The notes: generated from the sequence alone by a model not told the origin. A stretch of 63,984 nt of DNA, filler included, from Licmophora abbreviata (GCA_900291995.1; 12 parts of 12 records of this genome joined end to end with filler, not necessarily neighbours in it); one strand, 5' to 3'; numbered from the whole stretch's first letter, positions 22,829 through 35,998 are shown. Program-made: numbers and translations.

Positions 22829-23473
22829 CTAAAGAACGGTAATCTGACTGCCTCCCCGAATCATTGATCCACCGCGAGTTCCGGAAATCCGAAGAGTACT
22901 TGTCGTGGTCGAAACAATGTCGTTTGAGAAGTATTGGCAAGAGTACGATCCACCATTCGGAGTGAGTGTTTGCGGAAAATAACAGGTTGCTCCTGCTGGA
23001 AGGTTTTCAAGACTGGGAACGTCTTCTCCTTCTTGAATATTAGTCACCTCAACTTCATCCGTCGGAGATGTGTTGATGATGGTAATCTCGAAAACAACGA
23101 ATCCTGATATAGCCACAGAAGTGACGTATTGAACATCGAGTATTTCAGGGCACGGCATAGGTTCTGTTGCGATCCCAGGGATGGGTGTTGGGCTGTCGCA
23201 GCACAAGAACTCGTAGGTTGTACCAGGACCAATAGTATACCCGGGGGAGACTTCGCCGACGCCAGAAGAATATGGAACGAGAGGGAAGCACATTCCCGCG
23301 CCGAAACAGGATCGAAGGTTCCGGGCGGCGGGAAATCCCATTTCGTATGGGCACAGAGGGGCAAGATCGGTGTCGTACGAGTTGGTCCCACTTTGAACAC
23401 GGCAGATAGCACGACATGAACCAGCCAACAGAAGGAGGGCCACCCCTGGAAAGACGAGCTTGATTAGCATCAT
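22829..23473 (-). CDS. Small secreted Cys-rich protein with C-terminal beta-sandwich-like region
   Basis: Signal peptide MMLIKLVFPGVALLLLAGSCRA; multiple Cys; FEITIINTS...C..PQTL.P.G.SYSC.Y pattern. Confidence 0.65.
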   Translation of the reverse strand: MMLIKLVFPGVALLLLAGSCRAICRVQSGTNSYDTDLAPLCPYEMGFPAARNLRSCFGAGMCFPLVPYSSGVGEVSPGYTIGPGTTYEFLCCDSPTPIPGIATEPMPCPEILDVQYVTSVAISGFVVFEITIINTSPTDEVEVTNIQEGEDVPSLENLPAGATCYFPQTLTPNGGSYSCQYFSNDIVSTTTSTLRISGTRGGSMIRGGSQITVL

Positions 23474-24725
23474 CTTGTTGACGTGAACCCCGTATCAGTT
23501 TGTGAGTGTGAGGACCGCACTACTCAATTCTGAATTCTTATGACTGTGACCACGACTGCCGTAGAGGCTCGCTAGCTGGCAGATACTTGAACTGGTTAGC
23601 AGTATCGTTTAGAAGGAGGCAGCGGTAGCGTGCGTTATGGTAATTATCCCCGCGTGATACATTCGATATGCTTGTTCGTGTTGAATCACGAGGCATGAGG
23701 CACGCGAGCGCACGTCACCTGAAAAGATTCCATCGGGTTTTGTGACCAGAGAGAGATGTGACCAGAATTTTCAGTTGGCATCTGAAAAAATAATAAGTAT
23801 TGGATGTCTGAGGATTGTCTGGCAAGTCAGCGTGTATATATGATACGTTGGCACGAAGTACAGTATGATACGTCATCTAGGAAGAACAAGTTCCTCTGAT
23901 TTACATGGAACGAATGAAATACTGGTCGATGCTGGCCGCCGAGCCGCGACAAACCACGAGGCGCGAGGCACCATGACGACGATGACGGCTTCTTCTCTTT
24001 TGGATTACAGTAGGACATATACCAGCTTTTTTGATCAAACTATGTGAGACGCATTCATAAGCGGTACTAGTCTAGATCTGTTCAAGGAAATAATCCATGA
24101 AAAGGAGGAGGATGGCGAAGAGGAGTGTACCAAGGCAGTAAGAGGAGGACGACCTCATCCTTTAGAACTCAAGGCGATTCAACAGGAATCGTCCAGAGCC
24201 TGGGCTGACAAGACTGATGAGCTTAAAGCTGGGAATAGCTGATGGCCTGACATATTGATCGAATGTCGTTTGCGTGGTTGTAGAGCGCTGCTCACCGAGG
24301 AGCGAGATCAGTGCTGTACCATGTGCCGCCTTTACTACCTAGGCTTCCTGTCGACGACATATCATGTGATAGTCTGTTGCATCGCTTGTGCGAACCTAGT
24401 CTATATGGAACGACTCTGTATAGCCATGTTTTGAAGCCAGCGTTCGTAAACGACTCAGTTTGTCTGTTTGAGTTGAGTCGAGTGAGTCGCTTGGGTGGGG
24501 GGTACGATATGATACCATAAATAGCTCACACGGAGGTCATCGTACTATACAAAATATCAAGCGATGACCACGATGTCCATAAATCCAAATTACAAATTTC
24601 CAAACTTGGCGGGAAATCAAGGGACGAGACACTGTCACAAGTCCCATGAGCGAGAAAGGCTTCGGTGTTGTCTTGATTTTCGTCGTTTCCATTCTCTAAT
24701 AGTGCTAGTTTTGAGAATTGAAGTC

Positions 24726-27700
24726 ATGGTCGGCTTTGCGGAGCAGCTGGTGGCGATTGCCGCTCAGCAACAGACGGAACGTGATCGAAAGCGTCGAAAG
24801 AAGCAGAAACAGAAGACCGGCGAGGGTCGCAACGGGGGCATGAATCGCCAGGATGCTGCAGCGACTAGCGATGCTCCTGCCCCGGAACGATCTCCACGGC
24901 GTCTGAGCGCTACTTCTATGACTACACAGGAGTCTCTGACGCACGTCTACATCTACGACGACGCTTACTCGTGGCTACCGGCCAAGATATTGGCATCCGA
25001 TGGGGCTTCCAAGGACGTTGTGGTGGAGATCTGCCTGTCTACAAACTGGCACAAAAGTACGGTCCTGAGCAAAAGTAGTAGTATCGAAGAGGTGGAAGAT
25101 GCACTGCTGCACACGAACGGCAGTGCTGCTAACGATGGGGAAAGCTCGTCTCGATCGGCGGGTCCCTCGTTTACTCGTACCGTGTCACTCTATGACTATC
25201 CCAAGGAAGAGTTGCCTCTTCAAAACACGGCATCAGTGGAAGCGAGACTATATGGCAATGCGACTCTGGGCAAACGGGACATGGCAGACCTCCCGTTTCT
25301 CCATGAAGCGGCGATACTTTACAACCTGAAAGAGCGGCACTACCATCACCAGCCCTACACACGTGTGGGGGACATTGTCGTGGCCATGAACCCGTTTCAG
25401 TGGATGGATCGTTTGTACAGCAGCGACACAAGAGACTTTTATGCGAAGGCGCTGCTATGGGAAGGTAAGCTTGGCGCCTATATCGGAGTGCATCGTCGTT
25501 GCCGTGTGAGTTCGCGACTGTTTTTCCTTACCCCTCTTTGTTGCCGACTTCTTTCTAGTCAAACCCGATGGCGAAGACGACGACGAGGAAGAAGATGCGA
25601 CGGATTCAAGCTCAACTCTTCATACGTTTGGAAAGCTCTACGATAAGATGGGTTTCGATCCACATGTCTACGAAACGTCGTGCTTGGCCTATCGAGGACT
25701 CGCCACCTCCCGTCAGAACCAGACGATCTTGGTGAGCGGTGAAAGTGGAGCCGGCAAGACGGAGACGGTCAAGATTGTCATGTCGCATTTGGCTACTCTA
25801 GAACAGTCCCGCCCAGGCGGAGCCATTCATTCAAATGCGGACAATCGCATTGGCGGAGCAGAGACAGTGAAACGCGTCCTTGAGTCGTCGCCCGTATTCG
25901 AAGCCTTTGGAAATGCGAAGACGTTACGAAATGACAATTCTAGTCGATTTGGCAAATTCACGCAGCTCCAGTTTGATACCGAGTCCGTACAAAGTGCCGA
26001 GCAGCAAGGGCGGAACATTCCGGCGTGTTCGTTGGCGGGGAGTTTCTGTGTGACGTATCTATTGGAGAAGAGTCGAGTCGTCTCCCATTCACCTGGAGAG
26101 CGCACGTATCACGTCTTTTACCAATTGTTAGCAGCTCCGGAAGACTTCAAAAGCGACCTATGGGATGGCTTGAGCAACGTTACTACAGAGGACTTCGCGT
26201 ATCTCGGTGCCACGGACACGAATACCATTGATGGTGTGTCCGACAAGGAACAGTGGCCCCGGACGCTGGCAGCGCTGAAGGTGTTTCAGCTTGAGGGCGA
26301 CAGTCTCCAGACGCTGATGAGAGCTCTTTGCATTGTCCTGCAGCTCGGTAACCTCCAATTCGATCGTGATCCCAGTGCTGACGTCGAAGAAGGTGGGACT
26401 GTCATCACATCCGTGGAAGAACTCGACAAGCTCTCAGAGCTCATCGGTATTGACGCTAAGATTCTTGAATCTGAAATGACTCTGCGACTGATCAAGACAG
26501 GATATGATGAGGTACACGTACAGCTCCGTCCAAGTGTCGCCAAAGAGTCTTGCGATGCTCTCGCCAAGGAAATTTACGCCCGTGTCTTTGACGTGCTGGT
26601 TCGGAAGGTAAACGCGTACACACGAGCCGAATCTCATTTCGACCCGAAGCATGGAAACTTTGGCATGATCTCCCTTTTGGACATTTTCGGCTTTGAGAGG
26701 TTTGAGGTCAATCGATTTGAGCAGCTTTGCATCAATTATGCGAATGAGCAGCTGCAGCACAAGTATGTTCTGGACAACTTCCAGAAAGTGAAAGACGAAT
26801 ACGAGGCGGAAGGCATTGAAATCTTTGACTTCGCCGTAGTCGACAACTCGGACGTCTTGGACCTCTTGGAAGGTCGACTTGGTCTGCTGGGGTCCTTGAA
26901 CGAAGAGTGCGTGCGTCCAAACGGGAATGATGAGTCTTACGTATACAAGATCAAGACTCTGCACGAGCAGCACAGTCGGCTCATCGACAAGAATCTTCAT
27001 CGCAAGACTGAATTTGGTGTGAAGCACTTTGCAGGTCCTGTAACGTATGACTCAACGAAGTTTGTTGAGCGTAATACGGACAAGCTTCCGGACGGGCTGA
27101 TGTATTGCGCCGCCCGTAGTACGAACAGTCTGATTCGAGAAGAGTTCGAGGAGCTGGTGCGGGCTCATGAAGGAAACGAGACTTCCGGCGTTCGTCGAAA
27201 GAAATCAACAAACCGAACTGTGCTCCAGAAATTTCGATTCCAGTTGCGGGATCTCATGGCCAACATGGAGGATACGGAGACTCGATACATCCGTTGTATC
27301 AAGCCGAATGAAACCATGACGCCACGCCTAACCCAACACGATACAACCATGCGTCAGCTTGAATGTGCTGGTCTCGTCACGGCAATCGCCATTTCCCGCG
27401 AGAGCTTTCCCAATCGTCTTGGATACGAATCCACACGTGATCGTTTTGACTGTCTCATGTCCGAAGACGACAGAAAGAACATGACTGACATGAGCCTGAA
27501 AGATGCTGTCTATTGCATACTCACCAAGCTACTAATGTCCATGGCAGAAACCCAGCGAAATGGTAGTTTGTCGATGCCGTTCCAATGTGGGAAAACACGA
27601 GTCTACTTTCGCGCGGGCGCCTTGGAACACATTGAGACGAAGCGGCTGGCTTACTACCTGAAGCGCGTCGTCGCCATTCAATGTGTCGTTCGAAAGCTTC

Positions 27701-29381
27701 AGGCCCAGACAAAGTACGAATTTACCAGACAGAAAGTGATCACTCTTCAAGCAGCGGTTCGAAGTGCCCTCGCTTGTCGACGATACCAGTTGCAAAGAAG
27801 GGCCGCTGTCGTGCTTCAGTGCTGGGCTCGTACGATCCAGGCAGTCTCAGCTTTACGACGATTGCAGCGCAACTACTCCGCTACGGTGATCCAATCGAAC
27901 TGGAGAGCCGTTTCACATTTCGGGCAGATGCACAAGTATCGGGCTGCTGCAATCGTCATTCAAAGAAGTGTGCGAAATCGGAAGAACAAGACGAGCTTTA
28001 CGGCGAAGCTTGCTGACGCTGTCCAAATGGCTCGTATGGACGATCGCTTGTTGGGACTACAGCGTCAAGTGTCCCAGACGGCAGGCCTACCTACCACATC
28101 TACATCAGGAAGGAAAGTAGACGGAAATCTCTTGAACGAAATTGAAAGGTAAATATCTCGAGTTGATGAGCAGTCGCATTTCTTTGAGGCGTGGACCACT
28201 TGAGCTCACTCTCTTGTTCGCACTCGCCACACAGTATGTTCGACTATCTACGAAAAGAAATTTTCATGTTGCGCGGACAGAACTCTGATCTCAAGGCTGA
28301 TCTCCTAGAAGCAGAGAACGACAAACGTGAGATCCTAGCGCATGCTGAGGGTTCTGAGGCGGCTGCATCGTCCTCGCGGTTGCAGGTTGCCCGACTGACA
28401 AAGGCTACGGCAGCATTCAGCAAAGAGATATTGAATCACAAGCAAGAGTCGACGCAGCTTCGGAAGGAGCTGAGGAGCTCCCGTGGTTATAGGGAAGAGG
28501 AGCTGGTCGCTGCTCAAGCGAGGTATGAGCAAGCCGAGAACGAGCGAGATCGAGAGGTCAAGGCACTTCAAATGAGTATACGCCATGGTCGCATGACTTC
28601 CGAACGCGACAAGAATCTGATCCGCGAGGAAATGGCTCGGATGGAAGCTGCGCACGTCACCGAAGTCCTTCGTCTGAAGGATGAGCTTCGTCGAACGCAA
28701 GATTCTCATCATGAGTATCTTGCCAAGCTGATGGATGTGTTGGAAACGACGCACGCGGCCCGTGAACAAGAGACGGCTCGAATCAGTGCCGAGCTGAATG
28801 CCGTTAGAGATGAGAAAGACTCACAAATCTTGACACTTCAGCGTGAAGTTGAAATGCTCCGGAACATGCCGCGAAGCAGCTCTCACGTGGCGCGACAAAG
28901 CAGTCAGATACAGCCAAGAGAATTGAGCACGATTCGAAAGGGTGTGGAAAAGAATTCAGCAGCCCGCCAACAACGCGCTCAGAAGTTCACGGAGGTCTCT
29001 CAGAAGCTCGAGTCGATGGTGGCACCTCCGGAGCAAAGCCAGCAGACGACGAAATTGGGGCGTCGAAGCCTTGGACGAAAGAGTTCAGGTACAGGTGGTA
29101 TGTCTGAAGAAGAAACTCAGAAGGTGAGAAAGCTGATCAGCTTTCTCGGAGACTTATACGCCTTGGAGGAGACATCGCAGGAGAAGTTGGACGCGGACTT
29201 GGTCGCGAAGTTGGACAGCTTCGCGCCCGAGGAAGGAGTCGCGGGGCTTCAGCGAAAGTTATCAGAAATGAAGCAAACCAATCGAGGGCTCATGGATCAA
29301 GTAGAGCAACTTGCCCATTGTAGCAAATGTGAAGCGCGAGACCGCCGGCGAGCGAGGTCCCATCGGGGGTCGTCCGACTAA
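24726..29381 (+). CDS. Myosin heavy chain (motor domain, about 5 IQ motifs, coiled-coil tail), about 1491 aa
   Basis: Model join(24726..25464,25559..28148,28235..29381), 4476 nt in frame. LHEAAILYNLKER, GESGAGKT, FGNAKTLRNDNSSRFGKF, LDIFGFE, YIRCIKPN, GKTRVYFR; IQ repeats such as IQCVVR, LQAAVR, LQCWAR, IQSNWR, IQRSVR. Confidence 0.95.
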
Positions 29382-31099
29382 TTCTTGCTTCCCTGGATCG
29401 CGTTATTGATAGAAGGAACGCCATAAGTTTAATAGATGCGTACTCGATTGCACTTACGTTAGGACACCGGCAGTTTTGACCTTCTTCGAAAGTCGCCACG
29501 GACCGATGGTATCATTGCTAGACTAGAGACAAACCGATCCTTGATGACAACATACTCTATCTCTACATGGCGAGAACTACGTTTTGCGACCCAGGATCTC
29601 ACCCACATAAATTGTCATTCCCTTTCAATACTGCCATATCATATATGATAAGAAGGTATACAAGTAGCCAATGAGAAGTCTCAGGGGTGGATCGGTGGCC
29701 ATCGGAGGCAGCCAATCGTCACAGGGTGCGGCTTCCGCAGTTTGAAGTTAGTCTAGTCCATGTAAGACGAAAAAGGTATCTTTTCAGAACACAATCTCAC
29801 GTAGAATTCTACGTGACACCTCGTCGTACACACCATGTCAGGATGAGAACTCCGCGCTTCGACGCTCACAATTTCGAAAGATCCCGTTCTCCATTCTGGT
29901 TCTCATTGATTGTACCTACCGGAATCTAACGATCAAGAGCCCAAGTCGTCAACGAGCTCCTCCTTATCAACCCCCATATTTCTCCTCAACATGGTTCAGC
30001 TCATCCATGCCAACGCCGTGAACGTCGCTCGTCGCCTTACCGCGCAGAACGAGCCAGATCTATTGCGTAAGTCTCTCGCGCCGAGAATGCGATACTTGAT
30101 GTTCTAAAACGCGTGCATGCTCTTTCTTGTTCACGTTTAATCATGAAATAACTCAGCTTCTCTGCGTTCCACGTCTTCGTACTGGCAGAGGAAGACTTCC
30201 TCGGTAAGTATCTGATACGGGCAGTCGAGGGGTCGAAGTGTGGCGCTCGTCCGTTATTCTCGCTTCTCACGTCGTCATGCAATTCAATCATCACTCACAG
30301 AAGAGCCCAATGAACCCATATTCAAGACGGAACCAACTTACACGCATGACTTTTGCAAGCAACTCTCGGTACACCTGTTGCAAGCCAAGAGTCTTCCTTC
30401 GCAGTGCAAAAAGTACCAGGATCTGTAAGTAGCCTATGAAGCGTAAGATTGGCAGTCTCGACTGACGATGAGTCGCAACGTGCTTTCTGTGCGAACAGCA
30501 ATGGGGTCATACCACGACAAAGTCAACTAACTCACCTGTCGATCAACATCTCCTCTCCCGTTGAATAAAAAATCAAACCAAAGCGTTCAAGATTTGAAGC
30601 GCCGCGAAACTGACCGAACTGACAATACCGCCGACATGTCCTAGTCGAACGATGGATCGGCGGAGCAGCCTCGTGCGAGCTGTGGACGGATTTAGTGAAT
30701 AGTTTTACGCGTGAGCAAATTTGTCCTAACGTGTCACTCCTGTAATGCAAGACCTTTGCGTAGTATGGGATAAAACAGCAGTTACGTAGTACATTAGTTC
30801 TCAAACCTTAGGTGGTGATACATTATCATGTAGATTCAGTCATACAACAAGGAGTGAATGTCCCGTTGATCCATTCACGCGTGAGTGGTCACGGTCCATG
30901 TAGAGAAGAAGAGCATAGAGGAAGCTCGCTTTGGTGCAGTGCGGAAGTGAAGGAAAAGCAGAGCAATCGCCAGAGAGTGTGTACGTCTCCGGGGTCAATA
31001 GTACAGGTCTAATCGAGTTCGTAGAGTCGATGGAAGTGAAAGGCCTTGCGACAGAAGAAGCATAGAGTCTTTTCGTTTGGTAGAGGCTGCCTCCTGCTT

Positions 31100-32224
31100 T
31101 TAGGTGGACCCAGAGTCCACGATGCGTCCCTTGACTCCGGCGTGAAGGTCGTCTTCGTTCAGCAGGCCAGCCTTGCGCGCGGCGTAACCGATAATTACGC
31201 CACGCTTCTTGGCCGACTGGACGTAAGACTTGAAGTAGCAACGAATGCGGTCGCGTACCGTCACGAAGCTGAAGTCTTCCTCGTCGAAGACGTAACCATT
31301 TTCTGCAGCTAGTTCCAACAGGCGTTCCGTGAGACGGTTGTTGTATTGCTTCTGTTGGACCGTGTAGTTGAGGGCCGAGTGACGAAGATACTCTTCACGA
31401 TTGGCGATCAAGAATGCTTCGAGCTGAATGAGTTTTGAGTGAATGGGCAATGAAGTGAGTCATAAGGTTCTAGAATACAGATCCCGGCATAAGCAACGGG
31501 TGCAGGGCGCTGTAGGGTATGCAAGCTTTTGTCGTACCTCGGGATAATTCTTCCAGCTGAACTTCTTGCGAAGGATGGTCTTGATGGTTTGTCCACGAAG
31601 AGCACGCGCAGATTGAAGGATGGGACTCTTTGTTTCAGCAGTCTTTGCGACAGGAGAATCGGCGCGGCGCTTGTTGTTGTTCCAAGGACGTTGTCCCGTT
31701 CGGCGTCGACGAGCCGTCACAGGAGAGCTCTCGGGCGATACCAAAGCCGAACTTCCCTTGAAGAGCATGGGCGGAGACGATCGGGGGGAGCTGACTTCGT
31801 GGCAGTCAATAGAGACCGCACGGATACGGTTCCATTGGAAGCGCTCTTCGGTGGTCATGGAATGATGAGGGGTTCGCTCCCTATCGGAGTCGCTACAGGC
31901 CGAACCCGAGCCGTGGTCTTCGGAATGGCTGTGAGCGATGGAAAGGACGCCGGGGGAGTTCTCCTCGTCACCCCAGAAGGCACAAGGACCACTCACGCAA
32001 AATTCCTTGGTCGCAATGGCAGCGACTTCCAAGAGAAGCGCGGCATCGCCGCTTTCGGGAGTATCTTGGTTGGCTTTCTCAAAAACTTCATTTCGTTCAA
32101 TGTCCATCGGAATCTTGAGTTTCTCGGCGAGATCTTCCATTCTCGACGCGCTTTCTCCACTCCACGTATCCGTTGGTGAAATCTGCGGCTTCAGGGTAGG
32201 GCTTACGTAGTTCTGGTTCATCAT
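31100..32224 (-). CDS. Hypothetical protein with compact conserved-looking C-terminal domain (KFSWKNYPELE...RDRIRCYFKSYVQ)
   Basis: Model complement(join(31100..31423,31538..32224)), in frame with a 114-nt GT-AG intron; disordered N-terminus with basic NLS-like stretches. Confidence 0.75.
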
Positions 32225-32759
32225 GGGGTGATTACATGGAGGATTCTTGGCTTTCGATGATGGTCTGGTTAAAAAGAACAAATTTTGATACCACATACCA
32301 CGTAGCTTTCACGTAGGTTGTGTACCAGAATTCGGCTATCGGCGGAGGCATTCCCATCGGAGGGGAGGGAGCGCGACGTGATGAAGTGATCCTGGAAATG
32401 TGCTGTCAACTGAATATCGCTGGTGTTAAATAGGGACGTCATCACTGATTATCTCTAGGCCATCAAAGTGTGTCGGAAGAACAATGCAATCGGCATTCGC
32501 CTTCGCTGGACTTCTGCGTTGTGATTGGTTAGCAAAAGTAACAACGTGTCACGACAGAATGAGATCTCAGATCTCGGCACATTGTGACCACATGGTAACT
32601 CAGTGGGTTCATCTCACAATAGATCGGTCGGCATGTACGTCGTGGATGCATTCATACTCTATCTTTATGATACTAGCTACTACTAGAGAAGGTACTCACA
32701 TCCATTGAAATACACATTTAAGAGGATACCAAAGCTGCAATCGGCTCCTCCCCCACAAT

Positions 32760-33647
32760 CTAGTTGAGGAGACCATACGTAAGGGCCGACATAAAAGCGA
32801 AAAACGTGGGCGGCGTGGCAGACGATAGGTTCAATGGCTCATTCTGCTTGCGCACGTAATTGGCATCAACAATGGCAACAAGAAAGGCGGCGGTGGCATA
32901 TCCAACTGCCTTGTAGGCGTCGACACCCTGCACGAGCGACAAAGCCAACACTCCCCAGATAATAAGACTAGTATACCACCAAGTCAAAAGTCCTGAAGTA
33001 ACACCGTCTTGCGGCGAGAGTCCCTGCAGTTTCAAGCCAAGGTCAGGGATGAGGAATCCTACAACTCCAATCAACAGCGGGATCGAAACATGAATCTTGC
33101 AAAAGAGATCTGTGTCGCCTTTTCCCGACAGAATGGCGGCGCCCAACAAACCTGCCGAAAGGATCCCCATAAGGCCAAACCCTTTCTGGTACCCAAACTT
33201 TTCGAACGACCCCTTGAATACGCGACGCAGTGCAGTATAGATGCACGGGAGAGTTGCGAACACGATCGTTTTAGGCATAGAGGTCATCGTTTGGGTCGAT
33301 AGATACGCCATGAGGGCCGCGCCCATGAACGAGCCACCGACAAACTCCATGTTTTGCTGTCCGATACCATCGTTCGATACATCAAACGAGCCGTTGTATA
33401 TTTTCTCGGCACAGACTTCGGGAGCCGCGACTGCGAGGAGCCCGTGAGCACCGAACGCCACGTTGAACGCCGTCACGAGGTTATCCTTGGTGCCTCCGCC
33501 ACGAGGAATGTCGAGGGCAGCATTGCGGACTGAATGATTGGGCTTTGAAGGCAGACGAACAGCAGTCGGCGACACACCGACGTTTCCAAAGGTAGATGCG
33601 TCGGTGCTTCCGACAGCGAGGAGAGAGAGAAGGAAGAGGAGCTTCAT
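32760..33647 (-). CDS. Multi-pass membrane protein with signal peptide and PRGG motif (paralog A)
   Basis: Signal peptide MKLLFLLSLLAVGSTDA; ALDIPRGGG; about 8 hydrophobic helices in two similar halves. Confidence 0.8.
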   Translation of the reverse strand: MKLLFLLSLLAVGSTDASTFGNVGVSPTAVRLPSKPNHSVRNAALDIPRGGGTKDNLVTAFNVAFGAHGLLAVAAPEVCAEKIYNGSFDVSNDGIGQQNMEFVGGSFMGAALMAYLSTQTMTSMPKTIVFATLPCIYTALRRVFKGSFEKFGYQKGFGLMGILSAGLLGAAILSGKGDTDLFCKIHVSIPLLIGVVGFLIPDLGLKLQGLSPQDGVTSGLLTWWYTSLIIWGVLALSLVQGVDAYKAVGYATAAFLVAIVDANYVRKQNEPLNLSSATPPTFFAFMSALTYGLLN

Positions 33648-34281
33648 GGCGTTGCTTCTTTGCTTGTGACAGCTTTTTATGAATTTAGATGTGTGAGATT
33701 GGATGCAATCTTAGAGGACTTACGAAGAAGTCTATGAATGCGACGGCTGTAAGCATTTTTATGACACCTTTCGTTGAATCTTGAATCAAATCTTTTTTGT
33801 GTTTTTTGCAAGATCCGGACCCACCTCCGGGTCGAATCACAATCTAAAAGATGAAGACGCTTTCTCCCTGCCCGGCGCGCGCTGTGCATCCGTGCATATT
33901 GAATATTTGCAGCTCAGTCCAATGTCACAGGGTCTCGAGGTTGTCGAGTGAGTCTGACGCTATCATGCTTGGGCGCCCGGTGACTTCTTTTTGCTGGTTG
34001 CTTGCACGACAACGAAGAGAAGAGCGGCTCAACTCTTTTCTGCTCGTCGTGCGTCGATTCGATTCGCCCTGAAGAGCCTAATATGGATGGATTAGTGTAC
34101 TGGTACTTAAATTAATGTTAGGGAGTAAGTCTGGTGAGATTCACTACGTGATTTCTGCCAGCGTCTCAGGACAGGAGAGCGAGATGAACGGAGTACAGTA
34201 CTACACAGACCACATTGAAATACACACTGGGATAGCAACTGCACTCAGCTCTAAGTTCGAGTACACTTGCATTTTAAATCT

Positions 34282-35136
34282 CTAGTTGAGTAGGCCATAC
34301 GAAACGCCGGCCAGAAAGACGGGAAATATGACCCCGGTGGCAGTCGGCAGGTTCAATGGCTCGTTCTGCTTGCGTACGAAATTGTTTTCGAGAATCGAAA
34401 GAGCAAATGTGGTAGCGGTATATCCAACTGCCTTGTAGGCGTCGACACCGTCACGAGCAAGGTTGCCAGCATTCCCCAGACAACAAGACTGACATTCCAC
34501 CAGTTCAAAAGTGCAGAAGTGACTCCATCTTGCGGCGAGAGTCCCTGAAGTTTCAAGCCAAGGTCAGGGAGTAGGTATCCCACCGTTCCAATCAACAACG
34601 GTATGCCAGCGTTGATCTTGCACAAGACATCGGTGTCGCCTTTTCCTGTCAAAATGGCGTATCCTAACACGGTTGGTCCCAGGTTGCCCATGGCGCCGAA
34701 TCCCTTCTTAAATCCAAACTTTTCAAAAGACCCCTTCAGGAACCGACGCAATCCCGTATACATGCACGGGAGTGTCCCGTAGACGATCGTCTTCGGTGTG
34801 GAGGTCATTGTTTGGGTAGAGAGATACGCAATAAGCACTGCGCCAATTTGACAAACTCCATTGCGAGCTGTCCGACCCCGTCGTTTGATAGATCAAACGC
34901 CCCGTTGTACATTTTCTCGGCACAGACATCGGGAGCCGCGAGCGAGAGGAACCCGTGAGTACCGAACGCCACGTTGAACGCCGTCACAAGGTTATCCTTG
35001 GTGCCTCCGCCACGAGGAATGTCGAGGGCAGCATTGCGGACTGAATGATTGGGCTTTGAAGGCAGACGAACAGCAGCCGGCGACACACCGACGTTTCCAA
35101 AGGTAGATGCGTCGGTGCTTCCGACAGCGAGGAGAG
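34282..35136 (-). pseudogene. Frameshifted tandem paralog B of 32760..33647 (5' end cut by gap)
   Basis: Colinear with paralog A; net 10-nt deletion at about 34845-34850 (GGT GGC TCG TTC ATG replaced by AAATT) and 1-nt deletion at about 34450. Confidence 0.75.
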
Positions 35137-35998
35137 NNNNNNNNNNNNNNNNNNNNNNNNNNNNNNNNNNNNNNNNNNNNTTAATTAATTAANNNNNNNN
35201 NNNNNNNNNNNNNNNNNNNNNNNNNNNNNNNNNNNNGTATCGTATGATATGCATAGGTACCTCTGGGAGTCGAAGAAGCTTTCTGTCCCGTCCCTAAATA
35301 GATATTCATCCACGATTATTCGCAATAGTCGACTCTCGCGAGTGTGGCGCCTTCGCGCTCCTGCACCCGCCTCCTCACGTTGCTCGTTGTTGAGTATGAC
35401 GACGAAACGAGAAGAACGACTCAACCTTGTCCGCCACGTCGAATCAATTCAAATAGGACCAGTATGCTTGCTTATGTGGTTCAGCTCTTGCTCGGAATCT
35501 TCGTCGGGACTGCAATCTTACGTCCTGACGTCGTCGCCGGCGCGGACAAGTCCATGTCTCGATGGCCGGTCGACGTTCCGTGCGACACTGCGCAGCCACG
35601 CCGTACCCCGAGACGGGGCTGGTTCAAGGAGAATTCTCGTCCTACCGAGGCTCTCTCGTCCAGCGCATACGAAAATTACTAAACAGCTCGTCTATGAAAC
35701 AAGATCGTTGACGATCTTGAACAGACTGCTTTTCCAATGACACTGCTATTCCGCGAGCAGAAGCCATCGTCGCACGAAGAACCGTGCAGGTCCGCACTAC
35801 ACTACAGCCTATATATCTTGCAGGGGGGGGGGGGGACCAACACCGAACTTTGTGGCAGGCAACTGTTGAGGCTGACATGCTCGGGGACATAGAACGCAAT
35901 GTGGCAATTGCGCAAAGCGATAGCTAGTACCCTGCGACGTAGGTAGATAAAAAACCGATTTCATCTACTGTAGCAGTGTTAGTTACGAGACCACCTGC

